Shown here: positions 9,826 to 20,234 of the stretch, in pieces
Layout of the letters: each line of letters starts with the position of its first letter
Position numbering within the stretch: position 1 is the first letter of the stretch
Source of the DNA: an uncultured Halobacteriales archaeon
GTDB lineage: Archaea; Thermoplasmatota; E2; JACPAO01; JAHWKR01
Length of the DNA stretch: 64,000 bases
Direction: 5' to 3'
Assembly (NCBI GenBank): GCA_964452895.1
Contig: CAYVRY010000001.1
Location: forward strand, 525 to 64,524
Position numbers and translations under genes: made by a program
The notes under the pieces: model-generated
The model's input: the letters and a program-made list of their open reading frames with translations, nothing else
Databases searched by the model: none
What the model was told of the DNA's origin: nothing

Positions 9826-11817
9826 ATGGGCTCCCGCGGTGGCGACCCAAGGGCGAAGCGCCCCAAAACCGGGAAGCACCAGCCGGCACAAGAGGAAGAT
9901 TCTCGTGAACCGGCCCTGCCCGAGGCCTTCTCGCCCGAGTTCTATGCCCAGGTGAACCGGGGGCCGTTGGAGGAGGCCTACGAACGGCACAACCGGGACC
10001 CGAAAAACTGGAACCCGATCCCGTGGGGCCTGCTGGTGGTCGGGGTGCTTGTGGGAATCTTGTTCGCCGTCGTGAATGTGTACGCGGCGCTCTCGTTGGG
10101 GATCATCGTCGGGGTCTCGTGGTACTTGATCTTCTTCGCCGGCGCGATGCTCGGTTGGCAGCCCGGTACGATCAATTATGTCGGCGGGGCGTCCACGGGC
10201 GCGAGCCAGATCGTGATCCCCATCGCGTTCGTCCTGCCGACCCTGTTCTTCCTGACGACCCAGGTATCCCCCGGTGGCTTCTACACTCTGGATGCGTTGC
10301 CGTCACCGTACGCGTTGGGCGGCTTCTTCCTCGTGGGCGCCGTCTTGGGGTTGATGATGTTCCAGATGTACCGCCACCTCTGGATCGTGCGGCGCCCCTT
10401 GCAATACCCGGGCGGGTTCGAGTCGGCGTCTCAGCTTCTTCGCTTGACGAAAGAGCGCGATGAGGCCGGTCAAAGCCGGTTGCGCGAGAGCGTGTTCGCG
10501 ATCACGGTGGGTGGGCTGGTCTCCGGGTTCTGGGTGCTTTTGCGGGACCTGCAGGCGTTCGGGCCGGCCGGCGCGCGCACCGGGTTTTTTGATCAGTTCT
10601 GGCGCGGGCGCTGGTTCGAGGAAGGGATCGTGCCTGCGCCCTGGGAGACCCGGCCGTTATACAACGGCCTGTTCTATCTCGACCCGTTCTTCATGGCGAT
10701 CGGTTGGTTCCTGCGGGCAAAAATCGCGATCATTCTCCTATTGGGGGCCTTGGTCACGTTCGTGCTGCCGTTTTTCGACCCCGCTGCGTATGAACCGCTC
10801 GGGTTCGCTCCGACTTCCCCCGGCTCGGGTCTGGTTGCTGTATGGGCAGCGAACGCACGCCTCCTGGCCGCCGCGGCGATCCTGGGCGCCGGCGTGGTCG
10901 CCTTGGTGCGCCTGCGTGGCCCCATCGCCGAAGGGATGCGTGCGATCTTCGGAGGCAAGGACCCGGCGGCGATGGAGACGAAGCGACCGTCGCCCTGGTT
11001 CGCGGGAGGGATCGCGCTGAGCATCGGCGTGTCCATCATTTTGTTGTGGCTCGGGGGTCTTCCCATCCTGGGGGCGTTGTTGGTGGTCCCGCTTTCCGTC
11101 TTGTTGGTCGGGCTTCTGGGTTTCATTGCGGTGAAGATCACGGGGGAGACCGCGATCCAGGCGCTCTCCCCGATGATGACCATCGGTTTCCTGTTCTTCC
11201 TGGTGCTGCTCAGCTTCGTGGGGTTCTCCGCGGGCGCGCTCGTCATGCTGTTGGTGGGCGTGACCGCTTTTTTCGGGGCGGGCATCATCATGAGCACGGA
11301 CGTGTTCCTGGACACCAAGGTCGGCCATTACATCGGCAACCCGCCGCACCGTCAGGCGATCGCCCAGGCGTCGGGCCTGCTGCCCGGTGTGATCGTGGGG
11401 ACGGCCCTGGTCTGGTTCCTCTCCGGGCTGGTCGCCGATGAGATCGCCGCCGGTCTTCAGCCCTCGCTGGCCATGCCGTTCGCGCGGGTGTTCTCCGGGC
11501 TCGCTCAACTGGGTCTCGGTGGAGAGATCCCCTGGCTGCTTCTGGGGATCGCGTTTCTTCTCGGCGCCAGCGTGGAGTACGGCACCCGCCTCGGGACCGT
11601 GTTCGCCATCGGGATGGTCCTGCAGCTTTTCGTGCCGGTGACCGTGCTCGCCGGTGCGCTTGTCCGGGAAGGATACGAAGCGTGGTTCGCCCCGCCGGAG
11701 ACCGGGGAAGGGGGACAACGGGGTCTCGTCATGCGGATCGCCGCACCCACCGGGGTGTTCGTGGGCGCCGCACTCGCCGCCCTCGTGGTCTTCGCATTGA
11801 ACCTTTGGGTGCTCTGA
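9826..11817 (+). CDS. OPT/YSL family oligopeptide transporter
   Basis: Many TM helices; NVYAALSLG, LQYPGG, ITGET, D.KVGHYIG.PP..QAIAQ motifs. Confidence 0.8.
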   Translation: MGSRGGDPRAKRPKTGKHQPAQEEDSREPALPEAFSPEFYAQVNRGPLEEAYERHNRDPKNWNPIPWGLLVVGVLVGILFAVVNVYAALSLGIIVGVSWYLIFFAGAMLGWQPGTINYVGGASTGASQIVIPIAFVLPTLFFLTTQVSPGGFYTLDALPSPYALGGFFLVGAVLGLMMFQMYRHLWIVRRPLQYPGGFESASQLLRLTKERDEAGQSRLRESVFAITVGGLVSGFWVLLRDLQAFGPAGARTGFFDQFWRGRWFEEGIVPAPWETRPLYNGLFYLDPFFMAIGWFLRAKIAIILLLGALVTFVLPFFDPAAYEPLGFAPTSPGSGLVAVWAANARLLAAAAILGAGVVALVRLRGPIAEGMRAIFGGKDPAAMETKRPSPWFAGGIALSIGVSIILLWLGGLPILGALLVVPLSVLLVGLLGFIAVKITGETAIQALSPMMTIGFLFFLVLLSFVGFSAGALVMLLVGVTAFFGAGIIMSTDVFLDTKVGHYIGNPPHRQAIAQASGLLPGVIVGTALVWFLSGLVADEIAAGLQPSLAMPFARVFSGLAQLGLGGEIPWLLLGIAFLLGASVEYGTRLGTVFAIGMVLQLFVPVTVLAGALVREGYEAWFAPPETGEGGQRGLVMRIAAPTGVFVGAALAALVVFALNLWVL

Positions 11818-11830
11818 AGGGAGAGCCCGA

Positions 11831-13375
11831 TCACCTCGGCGGTTCTTCCGGCCCCGGGCCCATGGAAACGACACCGGAGGAGGCACCAGTAGCACCCGCT
11901 TGTTCGATGGGTGCCACGTCGGGCCCCACGGGCAACCAGGGATTGACCTCGGCGCCGGGGGAGAATCGCTCGGGCCACCATTTGTCCAGAAGCAATGCGA
12001 GCATGCCGTTGTCCAGGACGTTCACGGCGGTGCGGAACATGTCGTTGGGGCCGAAGAGGATCGCAATGAAGACCAGCGGAAACACGGCGGCTGCTGCTGC
12101 CGTGGGGAAGGGCAGGATCGCGGCCAGGACGGGAGCGGCGACCACGGCGAGGCCGCCCGGAACGCCAGGGGTCCCGATGGTAATGAGGATCAGTGGGATC
12201 ATCGCAAACAGGAAGTCCAGAACGCTCACATCGAGTCCGACCATTTTCGCGGCCACGATGGTCCCGACCACGGCGGCCATCATGGTCCCGTCGAGGTTCG
12301 CGGTGGCCCCGATCGGCAGGACGAAGCTGCGCACTTGTGGCCGCACGCCGAGTTCGTCGCGGCTTGTGGAGAGGTTCAAGGGAAGACTGGCGGCACTGGA
12401 TGACGTGGCCCAGGCAAAGGGATAGACCACACTCATGTACCGGACCACGAGTCGCTTGAGCGGGAACTTCGTGTACGCTGTGACCGCGAGGGCAGCGAAG
12501 GCGAGCCAGAGCAACGTGATGATCACCAGCACGCCCACGGAAATGAAGTAGGCCTCGAGAGGAGTCCAGATTGGTTCTCCCACACCCTCGGCACCGCCAA
12601 GTGCGTCCAGGAGGGCGTCTTCGAGTCCGGTCATCATGTAGATCCCGAGGAGGAACAAAATCGCAGGCATGGCGATCTTCAGGAACCGGCCCAGTGCGCT
12701 GAGCCCGTGAACACCGATGAGCGTGTAGATGTCCATGACGGTGCGAAACAGCCGACGAAGGGGGCTCCGGGGAGTCCTGCGGCCATATCCGCCGAGGAAA
12801 TAGATCACCACCGACATGAACAGGGCCCCCCAGATCGCCCGGAAGACGGGTTCCACGATCAAGGCGAGCCCGGTGGCGGACGCGGTGTCCGCAAACTGGT
12901 CGGCAAAGTTCGCCGCTCCGAAACCGAGCGTCATGAACGGGAAGAAGATCAATGAGACAAGAAGCGCGAACAGGCCGCCGAGCGTGGTGGTGAGGACGAA
13001 ACCGACGACCACGTAGAGGGCGAATTTCCCGGCGCTGGCGGTCCCGTACATCCGCACGAGTGCGGGGGTCAACGTGAAGAAGATGATCAAGGGGGCGACG
13101 TCGCCGATGTACCCGATCCCGGTGCGGATCCAGTTGCCCATGAACTCGGTCGTCGGGACGAGTGTGCCCACAAGGAATCCGGCAAGTAGCGCGAGGAGAA
13201 CCCAGACCGCGAACGGGATCAGACCGAGCGGGCCCAGCGAGCGTTTCACCCCGGCTTCGAAGGCGTCCACGCGACGGGCGAACGGGCCGGGCGGTGCCGT
13301 GCCTTTTTCTTGTTCATCCAGTCTTGCCCGCAATCGCGAGAAGGGGGTGTCCACTTCGGGCGCTTGTGCCGGCAT
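11831..13375 (-). CDS. Dicarboxylate/amino acid:cation symporter (DAACS, GltP-like)
   Basis: ATSSSAASLP, PIGATANLDGT, GTPGVPGG, DMFRTAVNV. Confidence 0.9.
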   Translation of the reverse strand: MPAQAPEVDTPFSRLRARLDEQEKGTAPPGPFARRVDAFEAGVKRSLGPLGLIPFAVWVLLALLAGFLVGTLVPTTEFMGNWIRTGIGYIGDVAPLIIFFTLTPALVRMYGTASAGKFALYVVVGFVLTTTLGGLFALLVSLIFFPFMTLGFGAANFADQFADTASATGLALIVEPVFRAIWGALFMSVVIYFLGGYGRRTPRSPLRRLFRTVMDIYTLIGVHGLSALGRFLKIAMPAILFLLGIYMMTGLEDALLDALGGAEGVGEPIWTPLEAYFISVGVLVIITLLWLAFAALAVTAYTKFPLKRLVVRYMSVVYPFAWATSSSAASLPLNLSTSRDELGVRPQVRSFVLPIGATANLDGTMMAAVVGTIVAAKMVGLDVSVLDFLFAMIPLILITIGTPGVPGGLAVVAAPVLAAILPFPTAAAAAVFPLVFIAILFGPNDMFRTAVNVLDNGMLALLLDKWWPERFSPGAEVNPWLPVGPDVAPIEQAGATGASSGVVSMGPGPEEPPR

Positions 13376-13438
13376 CAAACGCGTGCAAGATGGCTTCTTT
13401 TTTAACCGGACCGGTGCGCGCGGTGGCGGGGTGGCCCA

Positions 13439-14179
13439 CTACAGCAACGATGCGACCAGGTAGCCGCCCATGATCCCGAGTTTGAGCCCGAGGAACATGC
13501 CGGCGGCCTTGAAGATGAAGGCGCGCGGGTTCGCGGCGATTCGGGCGAGTAGTCCCGTGCGCGCGGTCTTGTCGGGGACGTTGTGTTCGGCGGCCGCTGA
13601 CCTTCGCAGGGCTTCGACCTGGGCGGGTTCCTTGGCGTAGAGGACCTCCGTGGTGTCAAAAAGCGGCGCGCGGACGGTGGCGGGGTCGCCCCACAGGGTC
13701 CGCACGAGTCGGGCTTCGGTGGTGGTCGCGGTGGGTTCTTCTCGGGCGAGATGGTCGAGCCAGGCATCCGGTTCCAGTGAGGAGGGGGCGTCGTGGGTCG
13801 GCCAGGGGATCGGCGCTTGGGATGGTTCCGGAGCGATGGGCGCGGGTTCGGCCGGCGGCTCTTCGGCGTCGCTGAGGATCTCGTTGATCTCCCAGACGGT
13901 GGATTCGCTTGGCGGGCCCACGGGGCGCCGCTCCGGTGTGGGGCGGCCCGGCAAGCGAGGGGCGTCATTGTAGTTGTGTTCTGGCCAGGTGTCCTTGTTC
14001 TGGCCGTTGCCGTTCGTGCTTTTCCCGTCTCCGCGCGGCGTCCCGAACAGGATGCGCAGGCGTTCCCGGTCGTCCTCTTCGTCCCGGCGCTCGCTGGGAG
14101 GCCCGTTGGAGGGTTTCGGGTCGCCGTTTGTCGAGCCGAACAGGTCGTCCAGGGGAGACGGGGAATCCACAGCGTTCAA
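13439..14179 (-). CDS. Hypothetical Pro/acidic disordered protein with C-terminal TM helix
   Basis: Fills the gap co-oriented with the symporter; low-complexity body and a hydrophobic C-terminal tail. Confidence 0.55.
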   Translation of the reverse strand: MNAVDSPSPLDDLFGSTNGDPKPSNGPPSERRDEEDDRERLRILFGTPRGDGKSTNGNGQNKDTWPEHNYNDAPRLPGRPTPERRPVGPPSESTVWEINEILSDAEEPPAEPAPIAPEPSQAPIPWPTHDAPSSLEPDAWLDHLAREEPTATTTEARLVRTLWGDPATVRAPLFDTTEVLYAKEPAQVEALRRSAAAEHNVPDKTARTGLLARIAANPRAFIFKAAGMFLGLKLGIMGGYLVASLL

Positions 14180-14280
14180 CGCCCCACGCGGCTACATAAA
14201 CCGAGGGGATGGGTCCCGGCGGGTTTCATGGATGGGCGATCAATCCAGAAGGTTCGGCCACGTTGAAATAGGGGGGCTCC

Positions 14281-15099
14281 GTGGGCCGCGCCGTGCAGTT
14301 GCCGAATCTGCCCGGGCTGGTGGCCGTGTTCTTCAGTGCGGTGCCGGCCATGTTCCTGGTGTACTTGTTCCTGCATCGCTATGACGGGTTTTTCAGTGAA
14401 CGGCGTCTCTTGATGGCGCTCTTGGTGGGCCTGGTGGCGGGATCGGCGGTGACCCTCGTGGAGATCCTGTTCTTGCAGTTCCATCAGCCCGGTTTTCTCC
14501 TTTCGCAGCCGTGGCACCTGGGGCTCCTGCAATTGGTGGTCTTTTACCCGCTTCTGGAGACCATGGGGAAGTTCATCCCGGTGAACTGGCATTCGTATCG
14601 CGGCAAGCGGGACACGCCGTATTACGCGGTGGGGATCGGCATGGGGTTCGCGGCGATCAACGCGTTCATCCTGGTGGGTCGGGGCGTGGTGGAGTTCGAG
14701 GGCGTGTTGCCGCAGTTGACCCATTTCGACATCGCGGTGATCGCGCTCGTGGTGTTCGTCTTGTTCATGGCGGGGATCATGACGCAGGGGTTCGCCACCG
14801 TGGTCATGGGGCAGGCCATCGCGGACCGGGACCCGTGGCGGGCGTTCCTTTATGGTGTGGCCTTGCTGATGCCTTACTACGTCGGCTATTGGGCGATGGC
14901 TTTGATCCTTGGCGATCCCCTTGTGGGGATCCTGGTGACCTTGGCCGTCTTCACGTATGGCGCGGTGGGGGTGTGGTACGTGCGCAAGAACATCCTGGAG
15001 AACGTGGTGCCGCCGAAGATGGCGCGGCAGTTGCGCCGGCAGATGGCGAAAGAGGCTGCACAAGGGACCGGTGAAGGGGATCACGCACCGCGCCGGTGA
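14281..15099 (+). CDS. PrsW-like intramembrane protein with degenerate metalloprotease motifs
   Basis: TM pattern and motif positions match PrsW (PLLETMGK, GMGFAAINA, MTQG) but the catalytic Glu/His are substituted. Confidence 0.65.
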   Translation: MGRAVQLPNLPGLVAVFFSAVPAMFLVYLFLHRYDGFFSERRLLMALLVGLVAGSAVTLVEILFLQFHQPGFLLSQPWHLGLLQLVVFYPLLETMGKFIPVNWHSYRGKRDTPYYAVGIGMGFAAINAFILVGRGVVEFEGVLPQLTHFDIAVIALVVFVLFMAGIMTQGFATVVMGQAIADRDPWRAFLYGVALLMPYYVGYWAMALILGDPLVGILVTLAVFTYGAVGVWYVRKNILENVVPPKMARQLRRQMAKEAAQGTGEGDHAPRR

Positions 15100-15102
15100 G
15101 CC

Positions 15103-15663
15103 TCACAGTCTTTTCAGCCGCCCGGGCCGCGGTTCGTACAGTTCATCGCGCACGAGCCCGCCCCGGATCTCGGTGTCGGCGCGTTCGGGGGGCAGCCCGG
15201 CCGCTTCGAAGGCGGCTTCCAGTTGCTTCGGTGTGAAGCCGTCGCTTTGGCTTTCTTCGAGCGCGGCGATGATGCGGCGGACGCGGCTTTGGGTGCCTTG
15301 TTCGCCGGCCGCGCGGCTGGCGGCCCATTGCACGAGCCCTTCCTCGTCCCGCGGCGCCGTGGCGGGCGTGTTGCTGGTCCGCGCGCGGGCCCGGTCACGG
15401 ATCTCCTCGGCGAGCGCCTCCAGGTTCACGAGCGCCGCCTCGCCGCCGGTGACGCGGGCCTCCACGACGCCCACCGCGGTGCGCAGTTCCTCGGCGTCCT
15501 GGGCACGGTAAAGCACGTGCAGGCGCCGGTTGTCGCTGCGTTGTCCGCAGCGCCCGCAGGTGGAGGTCTGGGTCTTCAGTTCCATGCCGCGGGCATGGCG
15601 GCATTTGGGGCACACGACGACGCCGTAACGGGAGGTCCCGGTGGCTTCCTGGGAATCCGCCAT
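15103..15663 (-). CDS. Archaeal Zn-ribbon protein (DUF1922/DUF5817-like) with C-terminal winged-helix-like region
   Basis: YGVVVCPKC...TCGRCG, C-terminal LYEPRPGRLKRL. Confidence 0.75.
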   Translation of the reverse strand: MADSQEATGTSRYGVVVCPKCRHARGMELKTQTSTCGRCGQRSDNRRLHVLYRAQDAEELRTAVGVVEARVTGGEAALVNLEALAEEIRDRARARTSNTPATAPRDEEGLVQWAASRAAGEQGTQSRVRRIIAALEESQSDGFTPKQLEAAFEAAGLPPERADTEIRGGLVRDELYEPRPGRLKRL

Positions 15664-15721
15664 TGCAGTGCACGATGCGGCGGGGGGACTTGAACGTGTG
15701 TGTGGGCACCGGGAGTATTCA

Positions 15722-17239
15722 TCAGTCCCGCTCTCGGGCTTTCTCGGGGGCACTTTCGTGCGTGCGCAGGGACCGCACCAGGCTCCAGCACATGAGTAGC
15801 AGCAGGAGGGCCATGGGGAGGCCCATGGTGATCGAGGCGGTGCGCAGGGCGACCAGGCCGCCCGTGAGAAGGAGAAGGACTGCGAGGGTGCCTTCGGTGA
15901 GGGACCAGAAGACCCGTTGTGGCCGGGGCGGTCGGGGTTCGCCTCCGGTGGCCATGGAGGAGATCACGAGGGAACCGGAGTCGCTGGAGGTGATGAAGAA
16001 CGTGACGACGAGGAGGGTGGCGGCGAGTGATACGATGAGGGTGGCCGGTACGGATTCGAGCATCGCGTAGAGGGCAAAGGCTTCGTCCTGTGCCGTGGCC
16101 TGCCAGATGGAACCGGCGAGGTTGTGCTCGATCCACATGGCGGTGCCGCCGAAGGCGGCGAACCAGACGAACGCCGAGGCCACGGGCACGAGGAGCACGC
16201 CGACGATGAATTCGCGGATCGTCCGGCCTTTGGAGACGCGGGCGATGAAGAGGCCGACGAAGGGGGCCCAGCTCATCCACCATCCCCAGTAGAAGAGGGT
16301 CCAGTCGCTGCGCCATCGGGCGCTCGCGCCGGCGGCGTCGCCGATGAGCAGGCTCGTCTGCGGCAGCTTCCACAGGTAGACGCCCAGTCCGCGTACCAGG
16401 GATTCCAGGATGAAGAGGGTGGGGCCGACGGTCACGATGAACAGCAGCAGGGCGGCGGCGAGGATCATGTTGAAGCGGGATAGGCGCAGGATGCCGCGGG
16501 AGACCCCGAGCACGACGCTCACCGTGGCGATCGCCGTGACGACGCCGATGGTGACGATCTGCAAAAGCGCGGTGTCCTGGACCCCGAGGGTCTGGCTGAG
16601 GCCGGTGTTGATCTGCAACGCGCCGAGCCCGAGGCTCGTGGCGAGCCCAAAAAGCGTGGCGAAGATCACGACGATGTCCACCAGGTCTCCGGGCCAACCA
16701 TGGATCCGCTTCCCGATGAGCGGATGGAGGACGCTTCGCGGTGCCAGGGGCAGGCCGCGGCGGTGGTGGAAGTAGCCGAGGCTGAGCGCGACGACCAGGT
16801 AGATCGCCCAGGTATGAAGGCCCCAGTGGAAGAACGAGAAGCGCAGGGATTCGAGGATGGCGGCTTCCGTGCGGCCTTCGGCCATGGGGGGTCGTGCGTA
16901 ATGGGAGACCGGTTCGGCCACGCCCCAGAACACGAGCCCGATCCCCATGCCCGCGGAGAACAGCATGGTGAACCAGGCGAGCCGGGTGAACTCGGGCGGC
17001 GCGTCGTCCTCCCCGAGCTTGAGTGCACCGAAGCGGCTGAGGGCCAGCGCGACCACGAAGACCAGGAAGAACGAGGCACTAAGAAGAAAGAGCCATCCGA
17101 ACGTGGCGCTGATGCGTTGCTGGAACCAGGAGAACTCCTGCGCCGCCTGGTCGCCGCGCATGAGCGTGTAGGCCACGAACAGGGCGACGAGCGCGATGGT
17201 GACTGGCAAGACGTGCGCTCGGTGTTCGCGGGGCGGCAT
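15722..17239 (-). CDS. BCCT family betaine/choline/carnitine transporter
   Basis: WFTMLFSAGMGIGLVFWGVAEP, FHWGLH.WAIY, WTLFYWGWWMSWAPFVGLFIARVSKGRTIREF. Confidence 0.95.
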   Translation of the reverse strand: MPPREHRAHVLPVTIALVALFVAYTLMRGDQAAQEFSWFQQRISATFGWLFLLSASFFLVFVVALALSRFGALKLGEDDAPPEFTRLAWFTMLFSAGMGIGLVFWGVAEPVSHYARPPMAEGRTEAAILESLRFSFFHWGLHTWAIYLVVALSLGYFHHRRGLPLAPRSVLHPLIGKRIHGWPGDLVDIVVIFATLFGLATSLGLGALQINTGLSQTLGVQDTALLQIVTIGVVTAIATVSVVLGVSRGILRLSRFNMILAAALLLFIVTVGPTLFILESLVRGLGVYLWKLPQTSLLIGDAAGASARWRSDWTLFYWGWWMSWAPFVGLFIARVSKGRTIREFIVGVLLVPVASAFVWFAAFGGTAMWIEHNLAGSIWQATAQDEAFALYAMLESVPATLIVSLAATLLVVTFFITSSDSGSLVISSMATGGEPRPPRPQRVFWSLTEGTLAVLLLLTGGLVALRTASITMGLPMALLLLLMCWSLVRSLRTHESAPEKARERD

Positions 17240-17368
17240 GGTGGGCTCCCACGGTCCGTCGGACCGTGTCTTGCTCGCAGTCCGTCAAAGGACAAAACGC
17301 CATCGTGCGCTCCGAGTCCCCCCGACAATCCCATATAATGGAATCGGTTCGGCGGCGCCGTTGAGCCC

Positions 17369-19252
17369 ATGACTGCTGAGGAGGACCCGGCAAGGGGGGA
17401 GAAGGGGGTCGAGCAGGCGGCGGATGCTCACACCGAAGCCGCGGCACAGGACGCGGCTGCGCGGGGGCCCGAAGTGGCAGAGGGCGTGGAGGTGACCCGG
17501 TACACGCGGCAACCCATCGTGAGCGTGCTGGGTCACGTGGACCATGGCAAGACGAGTTTTCTGGACTGGGTGCGCGGGTCCACCGTGGTGGCCCGGGAGG
17601 CGGGGAAGATCACGCAGCACATCGGCGCCACGGAAGTGACCCTCGCGAAGATCGAGGAGGTGTGCGGGGCGCTGATGAAGGGGAAACAGTTCAAGGTGCC
17701 GGGGCTTCTTTTCATCGACACGCCGGGGCATGCGGCGTTCACGTCGCTGCGCGCGCGCGGCGGGGCACTGGCGGACATCGCGGTGTTGGCGGTGGACATC
17801 ACGGAGGGGTTCAAGCCGCAGACCAAGGAAGCGATCACGATCCTGAAGCAGTCCAAGACACCGTTTCTCGTGTTCGCGAACAAGGCGGACCGGTTCGACG
17901 GCTATGCCAGCCGTTCGGGCCCGGTGCTTGCCAACCTGAAGAGACAGGACCCGGTCGTGCAGGCGAAAGTGGACGAGGCGGTCTACAGGATCGTCGGCGA
18001 GCTGCACGACATGGGGTTCGAGAGCGAGCGTTTCGACCGGGTTGAGGATTTCCGCAAATCCATCGCGATCGTGCCGGGATGCGCGCTCACCGGGGAAGGG
18101 ATCCCGGATGCGTTGATGCTCCTGGTCGGTCTGGCACAACGGTTCCTGGAGGCGTCGTTGGAGACCACGGAAGAGGGGCCGGCGGAGGCCACCGTGTTGG
18201 AGGTCAAGGAGGAAAAGGGGTTGGGCCCGGCGTTGGACACGATCGTCTTCTCGGGCCGCATGAAGACCGGGGACTCTGTGGTCGTGGGCACGAAGGGCGA
18301 ACCCCTGATGACCCGGATCAAGGCCCTGCTTCGGCCAAGACCGCTGGATGAGATCCGCGACCCGAAGGATGCGTTCAAGCGCGTGCAGGAGGTCCATGCG
18401 GCCGCCGGGATCAAGGTCCTGTTGGGGGATACGGAGGGGATCGCGGCGGGGGCGCCGCTTCGCGTGGTGACCCCGGAGAACGAGGAGGAGGCGTATGAGG
18501 CCGTGCTCGCGCAGTCGCGACCCACCGTGGACCTCTCCGATGCGGGGGTGCACGTGAAGGCGGACACGATCGGTTCCTTGGAGGCGTTGGCGGTGGAGTG
18601 CCGTTTGGCGGGGATCCCGATCCGGCAGGCCGGTGTGGGTCCGGTCTCGCGTCGCGACGTGACCGGGGCTTCGGCGGAGACGGACCGGCTGCATCGGGCG
18701 GTCTTGGCGTTCAACGTGCCGATCCTGCCGGATGCGGAGTCTGCTTTGGAGGACCGGGAGGTGAAGCTGATCTCGGGGGATGTGATCTATACGCTCATGG
18801 AGGAGTACGGGGAATGGCATCAGGGGGCCGCAAAGGACGTGGACGCCGAGTTGCGCAAGCAGATCGTGCACCCGGGGAAGATCCTCTTTCTGGAGGACCA
18901 CACGTTCCGTGTCTCCAACCCGGCGATCATCGGGGTGCGCGTGGTGGGGGGCCGGATCGCGGTGGGGCACAAGCTGATGCGTGAGGACGGGCGCAGCATC
19001 GGGACGGTCAAATCGCTGCGCTTGCAGGACACGAACATCCTGGAGGCGAAGCAGGGCGACGAGGTCGCCATGGCCGTCGACGGCCCCATGGTGGGCCGGC
19101 AGATCAAGGAGGGCATCGTGCTCTTCGCGGAGATCCCCGGCAAGGATGCGCGTCAGTTGGTGGACATGGGCCGGTTGAACCCGGACGAGCGCGACGTGTT
19201 GGACCAGGTGATCCGGATCAAGCGGAAAGAGGACCGTTTCTGGGGCATGTAA
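17369..19252 (+). CDS. infB: Translation initiation factor IF-2 (archaeal aIF5B)
   Basis: RQPIVSVLGHVDHGKT, ITQHIGATE, GLLFIDTPGH, NKAD, KADTIGSLEAL; lacks the long bacterial N-domain. Confidence 0.96.
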   Translation: MTAEEDPARGEKGVEQAADAHTEAAAQDAAARGPEVAEGVEVTRYTRQPIVSVLGHVDHGKTSFLDWVRGSTVVAREAGKITQHIGATEVTLAKIEEVCGALMKGKQFKVPGLLFIDTPGHAAFTSLRARGGALADIAVLAVDITEGFKPQTKEAITILKQSKTPFLVFANKADRFDGYASRSGPVLANLKRQDPVVQAKVDEAVYRIVGELHDMGFESERFDRVEDFRKSIAIVPGCALTGEGIPDALMLLVGLAQRFLEASLETTEEGPAEATVLEVKEEKGLGPALDTIVFSGRMKTGDSVVVGTKGEPLMTRIKALLRPRPLDEIRDPKDAFKRVQEVHAAAGIKVLLGDTEGIAAGAPLRVVTPENEEEAYEAVLAQSRPTVDLSDAGVHVKADTIGSLEALAVECRLAGIPIRQAGVGPVSRRDVTGASAETDRLHRAVLAFNVPILPDAESALEDREVKLISGDVIYTLMEEYGEWHQGAAKDVDAELRKQIVHPGKILFLEDHTFRVSNPAIIGVRVVGGRIAVGHKLMREDGRSIGTVKSLRLQDTNILEAKQGDEVAMAVDGPMVGRQIKEGIVLFAEIPGKDARQLVDMGRLNPDERDVLDQVIRIKRKEDRFWGM

Positions 19253-19277
19253 AGAAGGGAAGAGAACGGGGGAGCGT

Positions 19278-20120
19278 CTACTTGCGGGCGACGATCAGGT
19301 GGGCCGTCATGGGGAAGACGATTCCCTGGTCGTCCGTGTAGGGCGCAAGGCCTTGTTGCACCTCTTCGAAGAGCGCTTTGCGATGGGTCGCGTCGACCAT
19401 CTCATACATAGCTTTCAGGTGGCCTTTCGGGCCGGGCGGGACGCCGTCGATGCTCAACTGGGTGAATTCGTCCGCCGAGGGGTAGCGGACGGTTCCGACT
19501 TGCACCTCATGCCGGGCCTCCCGGAATCCGGCCTCTTCGACGATGGCGCGCAGTCCCGTGCCGTCTTCGGCCTGGAACGGGGTGCGCATCACGTCGCCGG
19601 CTTTGGGGTCCACGTGGCGGTCCAGGGCGTCGCACAGCACCCGGTAGCCGGGGATGTGGTCGATGCCGAGCCACTGGGTGAAGCCGGCCCATCCGCCGGT
19701 TTTCAGGACCCGGTGCATCTCTTGGACCGCACGGGCCTTGTCCGGGATGAACTGCACGCCTTGTTGGCACAAGACCGCGTCGAACCGGGCGTCCTCGAAG
19801 GGCATGTCCGTGGCGTCGCCCAGGTGGAACTCCACGGGCAGCCGTACGTCCTTGAACACCTCTTTCGCGGTCTGGATCATGCCGGGGTTCAGGTCCAACC
19901 CGGTCACAAAGCCTTTCTCGCCCACGCGGGCGGCGGCGAGCCGGGTGACCGCGCCGGAGCCGCAGGCGACGTCCAGCACCGCATTGCCGGGCACCACAGG
20001 CACGTTTTCCAACAGGCGTCGGCCCCACGGGTCGAACAGGACCGGGACCGCCCGGTCGTGGTAGGTCCTTGCGCTTTCCAGGATGAGTTGTTCCTTGCTC
20101 TGGGTTTCTTGTGGCGTCAT
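19278..20120 (-). CDS. Class I SAM-dependent methyltransferase (UbiE-like)
   Basis: VLDVACGSG, GLDLNPGM, GDATDMPFED..FDAVLCQ, EMHRVLK.GG. Confidence 0.9.
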   Translation of the reverse strand: MTPQETQSKEQLILESARTYHDRAVPVLFDPWGRRLLENVPVVPGNAVLDVACGSGAVTRLAAARVGEKGFVTGLDLNPGMIQTAKEVFKDVRLPVEFHLGDATDMPFEDARFDAVLCQQGVQFIPDKARAVQEMHRVLKTGGWAGFTQWLGIDHIPGYRVLCDALDRHVDPKAGDVMRTPFQAEDGTGLRAIVEEAGFREARHEVQVGTVRYPSADEFTQLSIDGVPPGPKGHLKAMYEMVDATHRKALFEEVQQGLAPYTDDQGIVFPMTAHLIVARK

Positions 20121-20234
20121 GTTGCTGTCTCCAAGGGATCTTTGTCAGGGACTCGTTGGCATGTCGGGGGGTCGATGTGTCGGTGCATTGACCCTTGCGA
20201 TGGTGCCCTTCCCAGGCGTCTTCTTTACTTGGTT

